The translations under genes and the position numbers were made by a program. The notes below the pieces were generated by a model. That model was not told the origin of the DNA. It ran no database searches and worked only from the letters and a program-made list of their open reading frames with translations. A DNA stretch of 64,000 bases, taken from positions 124,001 to 188,000 of the forward strand of contig NW_026781969.1 of assembly GCF_031769215.1 (NCBI RefSeq). The letters are read 5' to 3'. This document shows positions 1 to 12,905 of this stretch, piece by piece (position 1 is the first letter of the stretch; each line of letters starts with the position of its first letter). The stretch comes from Ylistrum balloti (taxonomy: Eukaryota).

Positions 1-11
1 CATACACTTAC

Positions 12-69
12 ACACCATTACAGTTACAGGTGTACTGACAATTTAAACCCCATGTTTCGTTTCCACAGT
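12..69 (-). CDS. Gene A coding exon 5 (start of laminin-type EGF repeat)
   Basis: tttcag acceptor, gtaagt donor, phase 1-2; HCGNETWGLNCQYTCNCNG. Confidence 0.85.
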
Positions 70-3000
70 CTGAAATTTAGAATTTTGAGTTCCTTTATGT
101 AATATTCCTTATAGATCACCGTTAACATGTATTGGTACAATTTAAATATAATTGACAATACCGTCATAAGTGGTTAATCATTGGATCGTTAAGGCTACAG
201 AATGAAGGAATAAAGATCAAAAAGGAAACGAAATCGAACAAACGAGAAATGTAAATACGTAGCTGTGGTAATCATATTTGTGTTAACGCTGTATTTCTCA
301 GTCACTGTTTATAAAGCATTTTCAATCCCATGATCATCAATGTCGTTAACTCAGAGTTACTTGCGAATTTTCTAGATCATTTAACTCGGAAAAATAAATG
401 TTGTCCGCGTGTCTGAACATAGTTTGTCGTTAAAATAACGTATTAACAAATAATAAATAAATGTATATTATGTACAAGTCAGGACACAGACCGACACCAT
501 ATTGACGGTTAGTAAACCTCGCTTGAGAAGATAACAGGAAAACAAAGAATAGATCACATAAAAATAAAACAGTCGGATATTGACGTGAACAAATTAAACG
601 GAGAGAAAGAGCCGAATAAAAATACAGAAATGTCGAGCAGACAGGTATAATGATATTAACAAATGCGATATAAGTATGGATGTAAGTAACAACAATAAAA
701 AACAGACTTGACTTAATCTGAAATAATAAAAATCAGGCCACAAGGCAAAACGAAATAGGATAATACTGTCAGCATATCACTGCAATGGTTGAACTGTGAT
801 TGAATATATATAGCTACATGTACTACATAAAACAGAGGTTGACGACAGATGAATAGACAAGACAGAGTTTTAGACAAACGCAGAAACGAAGCAACACATA
901 AGCATAGACACAATTAATCATACAATAGACATACCGACAAATAGACAGACAAAAGAACAGACAGACAATCGGACTAAAGAACAGACAGACTAAAGAACAG
1001 ACAGAAAGACTAAAGAACAGACAGACAGATAGGCTTAAGAACAGACAAATAGACAAATGAACAGACAGAAAGACTAAAGAACAGACGGACAGATAGACTG
1101 AAGAACAGACAGACGAACTAATGAACAGACAGACAGATAGTCTAAAGAACAGACATATAGACTAATGAACAGACAGAAAGACCAAGAACAGACAGATAGA
1201 CAGACAGACAAAAGAACAGACAGACAGACTCATGAATAGACACGTAGACATAGTATCTTACGTGATGAACAAGATTCACCACTCCAGCCAGGGTGGCAGA
1301 AACAAAGATTAGGAAACACACATGCCCCGTTGTGACAACCATTAGGACAGTCGGCTGAAATATGAATTAAAACAGAAACATGCAATAGAGAAGAATAGTT
1401 CTTTGGTTCAAAGGTTCATTATCCACGTGAGCGTGTTTTGTTAATAACTATAATGGGGTTTTGGTAGTGTGTCTAATGTACTACAGTTTATTTAGTAGTT
1501 GATTGGAGGTAAACTGATGTTTAAGTGATTATCTCCCTTGGTAAACTGTCTATGGTACGTCAGTTTGTAGGTACTGTATGTAAGTATAGTGATACTTATT
1601 GTATCTAGATTTCAGTTGTACGATTAAGTGTGCGTTAGTGTGCTGTATCTGTAAATAATGGTAAAGCTGCGTGTCGGTGCAATGACAATAATTGTAGGTT
1701 GTGTAGTTGTACTTTTTGTATATTGTGTGATTGTATGTTGTGTAATAGTGTACTGTTGTGAATGTAAATGCGTATTTTTTGAGAGTGTTGTGGATTATAT
1801 ATGTCTGGGTGTGTGAGGGTGTGTTGGTGTGTGTGTATGTGGTTAAATCTATTGTACGTGGGCGTAGTTACTTTAATTGCACGTGAGTGAAGTTACTTTT
1901 ATTGTACATGGGTGTAGCTACTTAATTGCACGTGAGTGAAGTAACTTATATTGCACGTGGGTGTAGTTAAATTTATTGCACGTGGGTGTAGTTACTTTTA
2001 TTGCAAGTGAGTAAAGTAATTTTATTGCACGTGGATGTAGTTAAATTTATTGCACGTGGGTGTAGTTAATTTTATTGCACGTGAGTGAAGTTACTTTTAT
2101 TGCACGTGGGTGTAGCTTCTTTAATTGCATGTGAGTGAAGTAACTTATATTGCACGTGGGTGTAGTTACTTTTATTGCACGTGGGTGTAGTTACTTTTAT
2201 TGCACGTGGGTGTAGCTTCTTTAATTGCACGTGAGTGAAGTAACTTATATTGCAAGTGGGTGTAGTTAATTTTTTGCACGTGGGTGTAGTTACTTTTATT
2301 GCACGTGGGTGTAGTTACTTTTATTGCACGTGGGTGCAGTTAATTTTATTGCACGTGAGTGAAGTTACTTTTATTGCACGTGGGTGTAGTTAATTTTATA
2401 GCACGTGAGTGAAGTTACTTTTATTGCACGTGGGTGTAGCTTCTTTAATTGCACGTGAGTGAAGTAACTTATATTGCACGTGTGTGCAGTTATATTTATT
2501 GTATGTGAGTTTATTCGTAATTATTTGAACCTCTCTGTTTATCCATTTATACGGGAAAGATTTAGAAAATAAGAAATTGAATTGATCAAATGATCAATGA
2601 ACTCAGTGTACTTTCAAAAGAGAAAAAACTAACTTGTTAATAAGAGTTAACGAAGAGATAAAACCAGAAAACCCAGATAGGTATTATAAAACAAATAAAA
2701 TGCGGAAAAAATTAGTGGAGGTTTTAAAATACTGTTATCTATTTACTTACGTAGACATCGGCCGTCCTTTTCCTCATACCCAGCACAGCAATACAGTTCC
2801 GTTTTGTCAGAGTCAGTATCTTTATATACCAACTCACTCTTGTATAACGTGCTACAGGAAAAGTGGCAAAATAGACATTAATATTTTATACAAATAAAGC
2901 ATTTTGATATTCAGCGTTATGAGAGGTGCACACAAATATGAAGTATTAATGAGAAATAGCAGGCCTGCGTTGGACGACTTGCGACGGACCTCAGGTATGT

Positions 3001-6000
3001 TTCTCAGTAAGGTGGCCACCAGTTTCGTATCGTTTAAGGAGACCGCGACGCAAAATGAGACTGGATGTTTACGGATCGATAAATCCAGCAGACAATAAAA
3101 TATGTAAATAGTTTCTAACAAGTACCGTCATGACGTCCACGTTTATATTTCTATAGTATTCATTTTGTGATATATTTTTGTGCCTTAAAATAAATAAAAA
3201 TATACTTCTTTTCCTATATAAATAATGCTTACAAATTAACACTAAAACGCCCTCTGTGTTTATCTATATCTCGCTAATTTTGCTGTATACATTAATTCAC
3301 AAATTTATTTTTTACTGTGAAATATGTTTTGTAAAGTTTGTTGAATTAAGCGTATTCACCGTAATACGAATTATCAATTGGTACAAAGACATTGACAAAC
3401 GCATTGTTATTACAGAGTGTATATACATGCTCAGTTGGCTATCGATTTAAACATTAACATGAATCGGCAATCTGTAGTAATCATGCATTTATACGAGTAC
3501 AGAACAAGCACGAAAAAAAAAAAAAATTTTATAAATGGATATTTATTCCATATTTTTTTTTTATAAAATATGTTTACACGGTGACTAAGATTTGTAAATT
3601 ATTTTGAAGACATTTGTATTCATGGACATTGTTTATCAAGATCTTATGCTAGTATTAAATTTATAATTGACACGGGCTAAATCAATTAATTAACTCTCAT
3701 ATCGAAATATTTGATTAGTTTATTTCTCATACCCATAAATCATTACAATTTTCCAATAACGAATGGTGTTTGGTAACAGTTTTTTCATTCTTTTTTATTC
3801 CGAGAAAAGGAGGACATAACATTAAGGTGTTTTTAATGATTGATAATATTTTCTCAGTTTTACAGCCATGTTGGTATTGAAAATGAAAACAGAAACAGTG
3901 ATACGGACTATGGTCGTCTCTGATAATTTAGTTTTCAAGATATCCATTTATTTCGGGATTTCGTTCAATTCTCAAATGCGGGAAAAGAAAAGAAAATTCT
4001 TTACTTAATGATAAAAATGTTTATCTATTCAACACCGACATAAATATTCTCTATAGGAATGTCTAGTAGTGAGAAATAGCAACATATATAACATATTGAT
4101 ATTTGTAATTAAACCTCATCAAAATCCTGATACCCGGATTAAAATCATCACGAAGGGGACAGGGACACTATAGTTGATGCCGTACATTATATTTATTGGT
4201 GTACACTATACTTATTGGTGTACACTATACTTATTGGTGTACACTATATGTATTACTGTACACTATATGTATTACTGTACACTATATTTATCGCTGTACA
4301 CTATATTTATTGGTGTACACTATATGTATTACTGTACACTATATGTATTACTGTACACTATATTTATCGCTGTACACTATATTTATGGGTGAACACTATA
4401 TTTATGTGTGTACTCTATATTTATTGTATATATATTATACTATATTATGTATTACTGTACATAATATTTATTTCTGTACACTATACTTATTGGTGTACAC
4501 TATATTTATTGGTGTACACTATATTTATTGCTGTACACTATACTTATTGGTGTACACTATATTTATTGGTGTACACCATATTTATTGTTGTACACTATAC
4601 TTATTGGTGTACACTATATTTATTGCTGTACACTATACTTATTGGTGTACACTATATTTATTGGTGTACACCATATTTATTGTTGTACACTATACTTATT
4701 GGTGTACACTATATGTATTACTGTACACTATATTTATTGTTGTACACTATACTTATTGGTGTACACTATACTTATTGGTGTACACTATATTTATTGGTGT
4801 ACACCATATTTATTGTTGTACACTATACTTAGCGGTGTACACTATATGTATTACTGTACACTATATTTATTGCTGTACACTATACTTATTGGTGTACACT
4901 ATATTTATTTCTGTACACTATATGTATTACTGTACACTATATTTATTGGTGTATACGGACCGTGACACCCGTGCTACTTGTTATAGAACGGTAAGTCATA
5001 TCCGTATGATACATCGTTCATGCATCACAAACTTAACGCCTGCAGCTCATTGACAAACACGTCATAAAGGGCAGGAGGTCAAGTCGCTCTCGTCACATTA
5101 AGAAGTATGTGTAACGATGTCAGTGTTTGGTCGTGATTTTAAGGAGATCAAAAGATTTTGATTTTTTTTTTTTATTTTATTTTATAAGTTGTAAAACAAT
5201 GTATGCTGGAAGGCTTAACAGACAATATCGTTAACACGGTTATCATTTGGAGTGTCTTCGTTAAGGTGTAACCGTTTGTAGCTAATTAACGCTCAACGGA
5301 AACGATGCTATCCTTTAAAGGACGGACATAATGAAAAATTTATAACTTTAACAAATAGGTTACTTCAGTTCTGGCGAATTACAAAATAACGTTTTCAATG
5401 CAAAATAAGTTTTATGATATTAATTAAAGTGTGCAGACATGTCACAAGAAGCACAAAAAGCAAATAACAATATGACAAGTTAAAAAGCCGGAAGTGAAAA
5501 AGTGGCATTTCTTCCTCAGCACGATAGAAGACAACTTACTAGCAGCGTGTACAACGAAACAGCTGTAATATATTTGGACACCACGTTTGCGTGCAGCGTT
5601 CGTATGGCTTCTGTATGTATTTTAAGCGGGATTTGGTGACACTGAAATAAAATAAATAGTTGTATACGTTTTGTATTTTAGACACGGGGGAAAATAGGGC
5701 TTGATGATATTGGTGCGATGAGAGATAATGCTTGATATGAAAATAGGTGAAGCTGAACACCAAGCACATACTCCTGATAATATCAACCATAAAATCAAAC
5801 GCTAATGTCGTTTCTTATGAAGACGATACAACGTGATCAAGACTCTGATAATATCATAAAGGAAGCCTTTATGTAGACAGGAGAGTTAACCGCCACAAAT
5901 ATAAAAAATACAATCCCATCTACCCCATTGGGGGTTAACACGTGTTGCAAGACCATTAACGTTTATCAGTAAGACGACACCCGGCCACGGGAGGAGTCAT

Positions 6001-6836
6001 GGAGACGGAAAACCAGTAACAAACTCACTGAAAGGGGCGGAAGCCTTTAAGAGATCGATCAAACTTAAAGTCTTGTAAACCTGAACTGTGGACACGAATC
6101 AACATAAGTATGGTAACAATTAGCCCTATTAAGCAGTGATAACAAGTCATTTAATTAGTAATTAGCAGAGGTGCACGTTGTAAACGATATAGAGACAGAC
6201 AACACATATACAATCAGTGTAGCATAAGCTCAGGTGTATAGCTAGTTACCTATTGTCTGGTCTGAAAATAAAAACATCAAACGTTATAAATACTGGTAGG
6301 CTATATATGTACCTCTGTGCATGGTTAATAAGACAGAGTGACAGTTTTATCATCATCTTGAAATATTAACTGTGATGATATATATCGTCTGATGGGGATG
6401 GGATTATAGAACAGTATCCGATGAAATGGCTTAGATACAGATATACAACTAAATAAATTCATCAACACAAACACAACCAACACACGTCATGTCAGAATAT
6501 CGATATAAACTCAAATTCGATGAAACTCAAAATACAAACTAAGGCAAGAAAAAATAATTTATCAACTTCTGAAATGAAAGTACATATAACAATTTAAAAC
6601 ATCATCAATAGTAGATATAGATATAAATCATTTATCTTAGGTTGAACTTCATGCAATTAAATATTGTATCATATATTATGTGGGTGAACACTAAAGTTGA
6701 TGACGTCATAGTAAAAATACTTTAAGACTTACGTCACTGTACGTTGACACACATTTGTCCCATTTAATTCTAATGACATCACTGATAATAACGTCATAAG
6801 TAATATCAACCACGTGATTAAAGTCTGTGCAGCCAT
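12..6836 (-). CDS. MEGF10-like: Gene A: MEGF10/Draper/CED-1-like receptor (signal peptide, EMI domain, EGF-like repeats); 3' part lies beyond the left window edge
   Basis: Join of 6733-6836, 5540-5641, 2751-2851, 1262-1354, 12-69; all introns GT-AG with compatible phases. Translation: MAAQTLITWLILLMTLLSVMSLELNGTNVCQRTVTVTKSRLKYIQKPYERCTQTWCPNILQLFRCTRCYTLYKSELVYKDTDSDKTELYCCAGYEEKDGRCLPDCPNGCHNGACVFPNLCFCHPGWSGESCSSHCGNETWGLNCQYTCNCNG. This follows the NVC..WC..C..CCxGY..CxPxC..CxNGxC..P..CxCxPGWxG..CSS pattern of MEGF10/Draper N-termini. Family-level call; orthology not established. Confidence 0.9.
832..1245. repeat. Degenerate (ACAG)n-based repeat
   Basis: aaagaacagacagacagact-like units. 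Confidence 0.85.
1262..1354 (-). CDS. Gene A coding exon 4 (EGF-like)
   Basis: tttcag acceptor, gtaaga donor, phase 1-1, 93 nt; PDCPNGCHNGACVFPNLCFCHPGWSGESCSS. Confidence 0.9.
1850..2500. repeat. 25-bp minisatellite containing CACGTG
   Basis: ttattgcacgtgggtgtagttactt, about 25 copies. Confidence 0.95.
2751..2851 (-). CDS. Gene A coding exon 3 (end of EMI)
   Basis: cctgtag acceptor, gtaagt donor, phase 2-1; TLYKSELVYKDTDSDKTELYCCAGYEEKDGRCL. Confidence 0.88.
4188..4952. repeat. 19-bp minisatellite
   Basis: tacactatatttattggtg, about 40 copies. Confidence 0.95.
5540..5641 (-). CDS. Gene A coding exon 2 (EMI)
   Basis: tttcag acceptor, gtaagt donor, phase 2-2; VTKSRLKYIQKPYERCTQTWCPNILQLFRCTRC. 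Confidence 0.85.
6733..6836 (-). CDS. Gene A first coding exon (signal peptide + start of EMI)
   Basis: ATG at 6836, preceded by acceptor tttcag at 6844-6845 (implies an upstream UTR exon); donor gtaagt; MAAQTLITWLILLMTLLSVMSLELNGTNVCQRTV. Confidence 0.85.
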
Positions 6837-7299
6837 GTTGTTTCTGAAATAAATAGGACGTGAAGAATGGTAATAACACTGAAAAAACACGTGTATATTG
6901 TATATATCATTAAAATTAATCTGTGTTTTTACTCCCCTCTACTGGATAGCCTAACAATCATATTAATTTGGGTTTTTTCTATACGTATTAGGATGTTATA
7001 GGTAAAACTAAATATATAATTAAAAGGTGGCCGGTTACCTTTTTCACGCCTACAGGTATAAACAAACAATAATGTAGGTTTTATCTCCTACAACAGTGTG
7101 AAGGTAATGTCTGTTCCTGGTGAAATGTTTGAAAATACCAACCAATCAGTGGTAGTACATATTCCCGATAGATACAGACTTTTTTTTAAATTTCAGTCTT
7201 AATTCCGTTTTCAGTATTCCATAAAAAAATCACATTTGTCATTAAGAGCGCTACATAAATATCGGTATCGTTGCAATCTTGATTTCTGACAAGATTTCA

Positions 7300-7420
7300 C
7301 AGATAATGATCACACGTCACGACGTACGGCTGTCAATCAATCACAAAATCATCCAACCGTGACGACGTAGTCGCAACGCACTTTGCTATAGCGTGGTTTT
7401 GCGGAAGCGGAAGGTAACGG
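7300..7420. promoter_or_regulatory. Putative promoter upstream of gene A
   Basis: Locally CpG-rich with tandem ETS-type GCGGAAGCGGAAG at about 7401-7413, about 500 bp upstream of the first coding exon. Motif-level evidence only. Confidence 0.3.
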
Positions 7421-7788
7421 TAAAGTGATGTGGTGTATTTAATATTACATTCAGACTTTATAGACATCAATGTATTCTTGGATAAATCAGTTTCGTACTC
7501 TCTGAAGCAAACTGATATTAACAGTACATCGAAGTACAAATGAAAACAAAACAGTAACTGATACCAAAATATTTCTATTTACAATTACCTATCATCTTTA
7601 TGTTATTTTGACACATCTAGTAACATGTGTGGAAATAATGGTTTCAATATTTTTGAAATTGTAGTAAATAAACTAAGTAAAGAAATCAAACTCCTGTTTC
7701 TTCGTCGTTCATAAGTACGTGTTTTATTGTCTGATATACGTTTATATCGTTTAACTAAAAACCTGAGAAACTTATAAAACTTATATAT

Positions 7789-8946
7789 AGATGATACAAA
7801 ATATGTCTGATATATGTTTCTATCAACAGTTAAGATACAAGACATGTCTGATATATGTTTCTATCAACAGTTAAGATACAAGACATGTCTGATATATGTT
7901 TCTATCAACAGTTAAGATACAAGACATGTCTGATATATGTTTCTATCAACAGTTAAGATACAAGACATGTCTGATATATGTTTCTATCAACAGTTAAGAT
8001 ACAAGACATGTCTGATATATGTTTCTATCAACAGTTAAGATACAAGACATGTCTGATATATGTTTCTATCAACAGTTAAGATACAAGACATGTCTGATAT
8101 ATGTTTCTATCAACAGAGAGGATACAAGACATGTCTGATGTATGTTTTTATCAACAGAGAGGGGACAAGACATATCTGATATATGTTTCTATCAACACAG
8201 AGAGAAAACAAGACATATCTGATATATGTTTCTATCAATATAAGATACAAGACATGTCTGATATATGTTTCTATCAACACAGAGAGAAAACAAGACATGT
8301 CTGATATATGTTTCTATCAACACAGAGAGAAAACAAGACATGTCTGATATATGTTTCTATCAACAGTTAAGATACAAGACATGTCTGATATATGTTTCTA
8401 TCAACAGAGAGGATACAAGACATGTCTGATATATGTTTTTATCAACAGAGAGGGGACAAGACATATCTGATATATGTTTCTATCAACACAGAGAGAAAAC
8501 AAGACATATCTGATATATGTTTCTATCAATATACAGGATCAACACAGAGAGAAAACAAGACATATCTGATATATGTTTCTATCAACACAGAGAGAAAACA
8601 AGACATATCTGATATATGTTTCTATCAATATACAGGATGCAAGACATGTCTGATATATGTTTCTATCAACACAGAGAGAAAACAAGACATATCTGATATA
8701 TGTTTCTATCAATATACAGGATACAAGACATGTCTGATATATGTTTCTATCAACACAGAGAGAAAACAAGACATATCTGATATATGTTTCTATCAACACA
8801 GAGAGAAAACAAGACATGTCTGATATATGTTTCTATCAACATACAGGATACAAGACATGTCTGATATATGTTTCTATCAACACAGAGAGAAAACAAGACA
8901 TATCTGATATATGTTTCTATCAACATACAGGATACAAGACATGTCT
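7789..8946. repeat. 41-43-bp minisatellite
   Basis: gatacaagacatgtctgatatatgtttctatcaacagttaa and an acagagagaaaac variant. Confidence 0.95.
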
Positions 8947-9561
8947 AGTATTGAAATGAATTATCTATATCGGTGAATTAATGAAATCATCAGAATTTCG
9001 TCCTTGAACTGATATCAGATCCTCGGCCCGACAAAGGGAATGATGGCAAAATAGTACTATCATAACATATAATAGTCGGGAACATATCATAATTCAAATT
9101 CAAGCTCAATATATCTAAAGCAAAATATGGACAACAAACAAAAAATTACACGGAGACTCGTAGAAATGTACAATGGACAAATTTAAGAATATTTATGTTT
9201 CAGTAAAAAATGCGTTATATCTTGTATCCTTATCACAGTATTTATCTTGTGGTCACATAAAGTTATTGTATCCTGTAGTTTCTGTGTAACATTTCTACTG
9301 CTGAAATAGTCTTAGAGAATTGGGCTTTGTTTTGCACTTAATGTGGTTTTTTTTATAGAATATCAACATAACTCCAAGGAAGGGTTAATTAATATGACTT
9401 TTCCCCATCTCTTAAACGTGTGACTTATGTGACTTTCATACCGAGAACTAACTTCGTACCTGATCTAATTCTCTTTATTTGTTTTCAATTTTCTCGGCGT
9501 AAAACGTGCTCCTGTAGAGAGCTTGCCTTCGAAGTGACGATTTTGGATTCGTGATAAGTTT

Positions 9562-9753
9562 GTGTTTACGTGTGGATGTTTTGGCGTTTGTGTTTACGTG
9601 TGGATGTTTTGGTGTTTGTGTTTACGTGTGGATGTTTTGGTGTTTGTGTTTACGTGTGGATGTTTTGGTGTTTTTGTTTACGTGTGGATGTTTTGGTGTT
9701 TGTGTTTACGTGTGGATGTTTTGGTGTTTTTGTTTACGTGTGGATGTTTTGGT
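9562..9753. repeat. 28-bp minisatellite
   Basis: gtgtttacgtgtggatgttttggtgttt x7. Confidence 0.95.
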
Positions 9754-12182
9754 GACAGTGTGTCATTGACATGATGGTATTTTCTTCGTTTTTTTAATTG
9801 TCACTAATTTATTGCTTTGTAATATTTACATATCCCTCAGACATACTACTTCCATTGGAAGTGAATAAATCCATCCGCTTTTTAATAAAATAAACAGTTT
9901 CGACAACATACACGGTCTACAATAAGTACTTAAAAGACATCACGTTTCGTTGCAAACTAAGGCATCCAAATAGATTAAATGGAATGTTATTGGTTTTCCT
10001 CGTCATTAAATGTAAACCTTTCTAGCACATGGTCCTAAATAGTTTAGGATTTAGGTTTGGTATCGTTAAAACACAGTAGGGCTGGTATTATGTTGTACTT
10101 TATTATTGAAGAATAAAACAAAAGATGCCCCGAGATTCTGATAACCCTCACACATTATAAAAAATATACCGACATTTTACCACTTGTAAATATTTGACCT
10201 AACTGACCAGCAAGCACAAAACATGAAATAAAAACAAATGTAAGAGATATGCAAATTAAATAAATCCAGGCAAGACAAAGTGACCATTCTACTGAAACCG
10301 CCGAATGTTGAGGGTAGACATCAAACTATCGTGCCCAGATTATGACATTTCATTGTGATAACACTGCAAAAGCAATTTATGATCACTGATTCAGTATAAA
10401 AACTTTCTTGTTTAAAGCTGAACGTCAAACAGAGAACACCAACGCTAAGTGTATTACGCCTGCCTCTAGTGTACATATTGTTGTGTGATTTGTAACCAGT
10501 ATAGAGACTGTTTTACAGTTACGCGAGTTGAATATCCTATCTGTTTTATGACATAACTGACAGGTTCGCCTTCAGAATGGATTGGTTATGTGGTGATTTC
10601 CTATGGTGAGAATAACATGTTTTACGTGTAATCACCGGGTCACGTGACCTGTTTAATGTCCTAATGTATTCACCAGAGACAAACCGTATTTACGTCGTTG
10701 TAATCGTCTGTCTCCACAGTAAAGAAATATTACGTACAACACAGTGTGTGAAGAATAACAGAGTTTTCTTAAATAATCCATTTTTTTCTCCGGAACATTA
10801 CAGTATTGATTTCACTGAGTGCATTTCAGGTTTCATATTTTAAGTGTAGTTGAATATTTTTTTTTCTGTTTCCAGTAGATCTAAAATGTACACATACCTG
10901 CCGAACGTTAAGCTGACATGCTGATATATCTGATGTGTTTTATGTGTGTGCAGGTGTCAAACTTGTGATATTAATTTATAACCTGAACTATCTATTGTTT
11001 CGTTTGTCACGACAGACTAATTAGATACATCAAAGCAGTTATAAAGTAACTTTGTTATATTGATAACCTCGTTTTAGCTGGACATATATAGACATATCAT
11101 GTCCTAATTTAAAACCAGATTTTGTTTACGTTACATGGGTTCGTCTTTTAAAAAGTGATTCTTTACCTTCTCTGAATCAGAACATTTCGTGTTCTTTATA
11201 TTTCACTAACTCCGTTGAATAAAGATAACATTAATGTTGTCAGATTGGTGACAAAAAACGAATCTCCGTAAAAAAAAACGGGTCTAATATTTGTTGAAAA
11301 AATATATCTGAGCAGTTAAATTCTTTTTGATTAAGATAATGTTTTAAAAAAGTTGTTTTCATTCATAAATGATATAAATAACGTAAATCCAGGATAACAA
11401 AACTGTACAAACAAAGAGTAGCGGGGGGCAGTGGTATCGGGAGGGTTTCTATGTTTCTATATCCTTGATATAGGAGTCGGAGGGGGGTATAGAGGTAAAT
11501 TAACAGAAAAAAATAGAGAACACACGGAAAGGAAGGAATTAAAGGAAGGAAATAGTAAAGATCCCAATAGGAAAAATCGGGGAAACGGATCAGTTTTGAG
11601 TTTTTAATATTCCGCGGGAAAACACAATGAGGGTATCGTCCGAATAATTTGTAAATATTTTCACAACCAAACGAACAGATGCAGTATTTTTGTTTAAATA
11701 CTGGCTTTCTTCGTTGTTGTGTCACAAAAATATTGAAATACGTCATCAAATTAACGGAGAAATCGGAAAGTCAATATATAATCAATTCATGTTAATACTT
11801 GTTAAGTGTGAGTCCGGGACTGTATTTGGACACGCCCAGTATTTACAAAAACAGAACGACACCTAGTCTACATAGAGCAGAGATAGGTGTTGTTTGCACA
11901 TATATTATGTTTACATGGATATACATGTTTAGTTCCTGATCTGTGTTACGCTCCAGGGGTTGTGGTCAATCAACCATACACAAATATAACTTCCTGCATG
12001 TCGTTTCACCTGTCTGCCTGACTCCGGGATCATTGATACGTCATGTAATTTACATGACTAATTATGTTTTTTTAATGTCATGCAATTAATTTTATTTTTT
12101 GTTATGAATGTGATTTATGAGTATTGATGCTACCTGAAAATTTCCCAGTGATTAGCAAGAAAGATAAGCAAATCAGTTTATT

Positions 12183-12905
12183 GCACACTATACCTGTGAT
12201 TTAAGGTTAAGGTTAAATGCCACATTACACACTATACCTGTGATTTAAGGTTAAGTTAAGGTTAAATGCCACATTACACACTATACCTGTGATTTAAGGT
12301 TAAGGTTAAATGCCACATTACACACTACACTTGTGATTAGCGTCAAAGTTTAGGATATATGCTATGTTACACATTATACTTGTGATTTGTGTAAGAGTTA
12401 AGGCTATATGCTAGTTAAGGTTATATGCTACCTTACACATTATACTTGTGATTTGTGTAAGAGTTAAGGCTATATGCTACCTTACACATTATACCTGTGA
12501 TTTGTGTAAGAGTTAAGGCTATATGCTACCTTACACATTATACTTGTGATTTGTGTAAGAGTTAAGGCTATATGCTACCTTACACATTATACCTGTGATT
12601 TGTGTCAGAGTTAAGGTTATATGCTAGTTAAGGTTATATGCTACCTTACACATTATACTTGTGATTTGTGTAAGAGTTAAGGCTATATGCTACCTTACAC
12701 ATTATAATTGTGATTTGTGTCAGAGTTTAGGATATATGCTAGTTAAGGTTATATGCTACCTTACACCTTATACCTGTGATTTGTGTCAGTGTTAAGGTTA
12801 TAAGATACCTTACACATTATACCTGTGATTTGTGTCAGAGTTAGGGATGTATGCTACCTTACACATTATACAGATAATTTGTGTCAGAGTTAAGGTTATA
12901 TGCCA
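12183..12905. repeat. About 49-bp minisatellite with sub-unit variants
   Basis: ttacacattatacttgtgatttgtgtaagagttaaggctatatgctacc. Confidence 0.92.

Noticed and set aside
216-333. Short basic + hydrophobic frame (RSKRKRN..VAVVIIFVLTLYF)
   Set aside because: In-frame stop upstream, no start codon or good acceptor, and it is antisense within a gene A intron.
4174-5053. Long Tyr/Cys/hydrophobic ORFs (up to 285 aa), and similar ORFs at 8101-8959, 9551-9774, 15855-16189, 23010-23438, 32427-34979, 42260-43218, 48976-49167, 53269-53556
   Set aside because: They are translations of minisatellite units open in several frames, with no splice context or domain signature.
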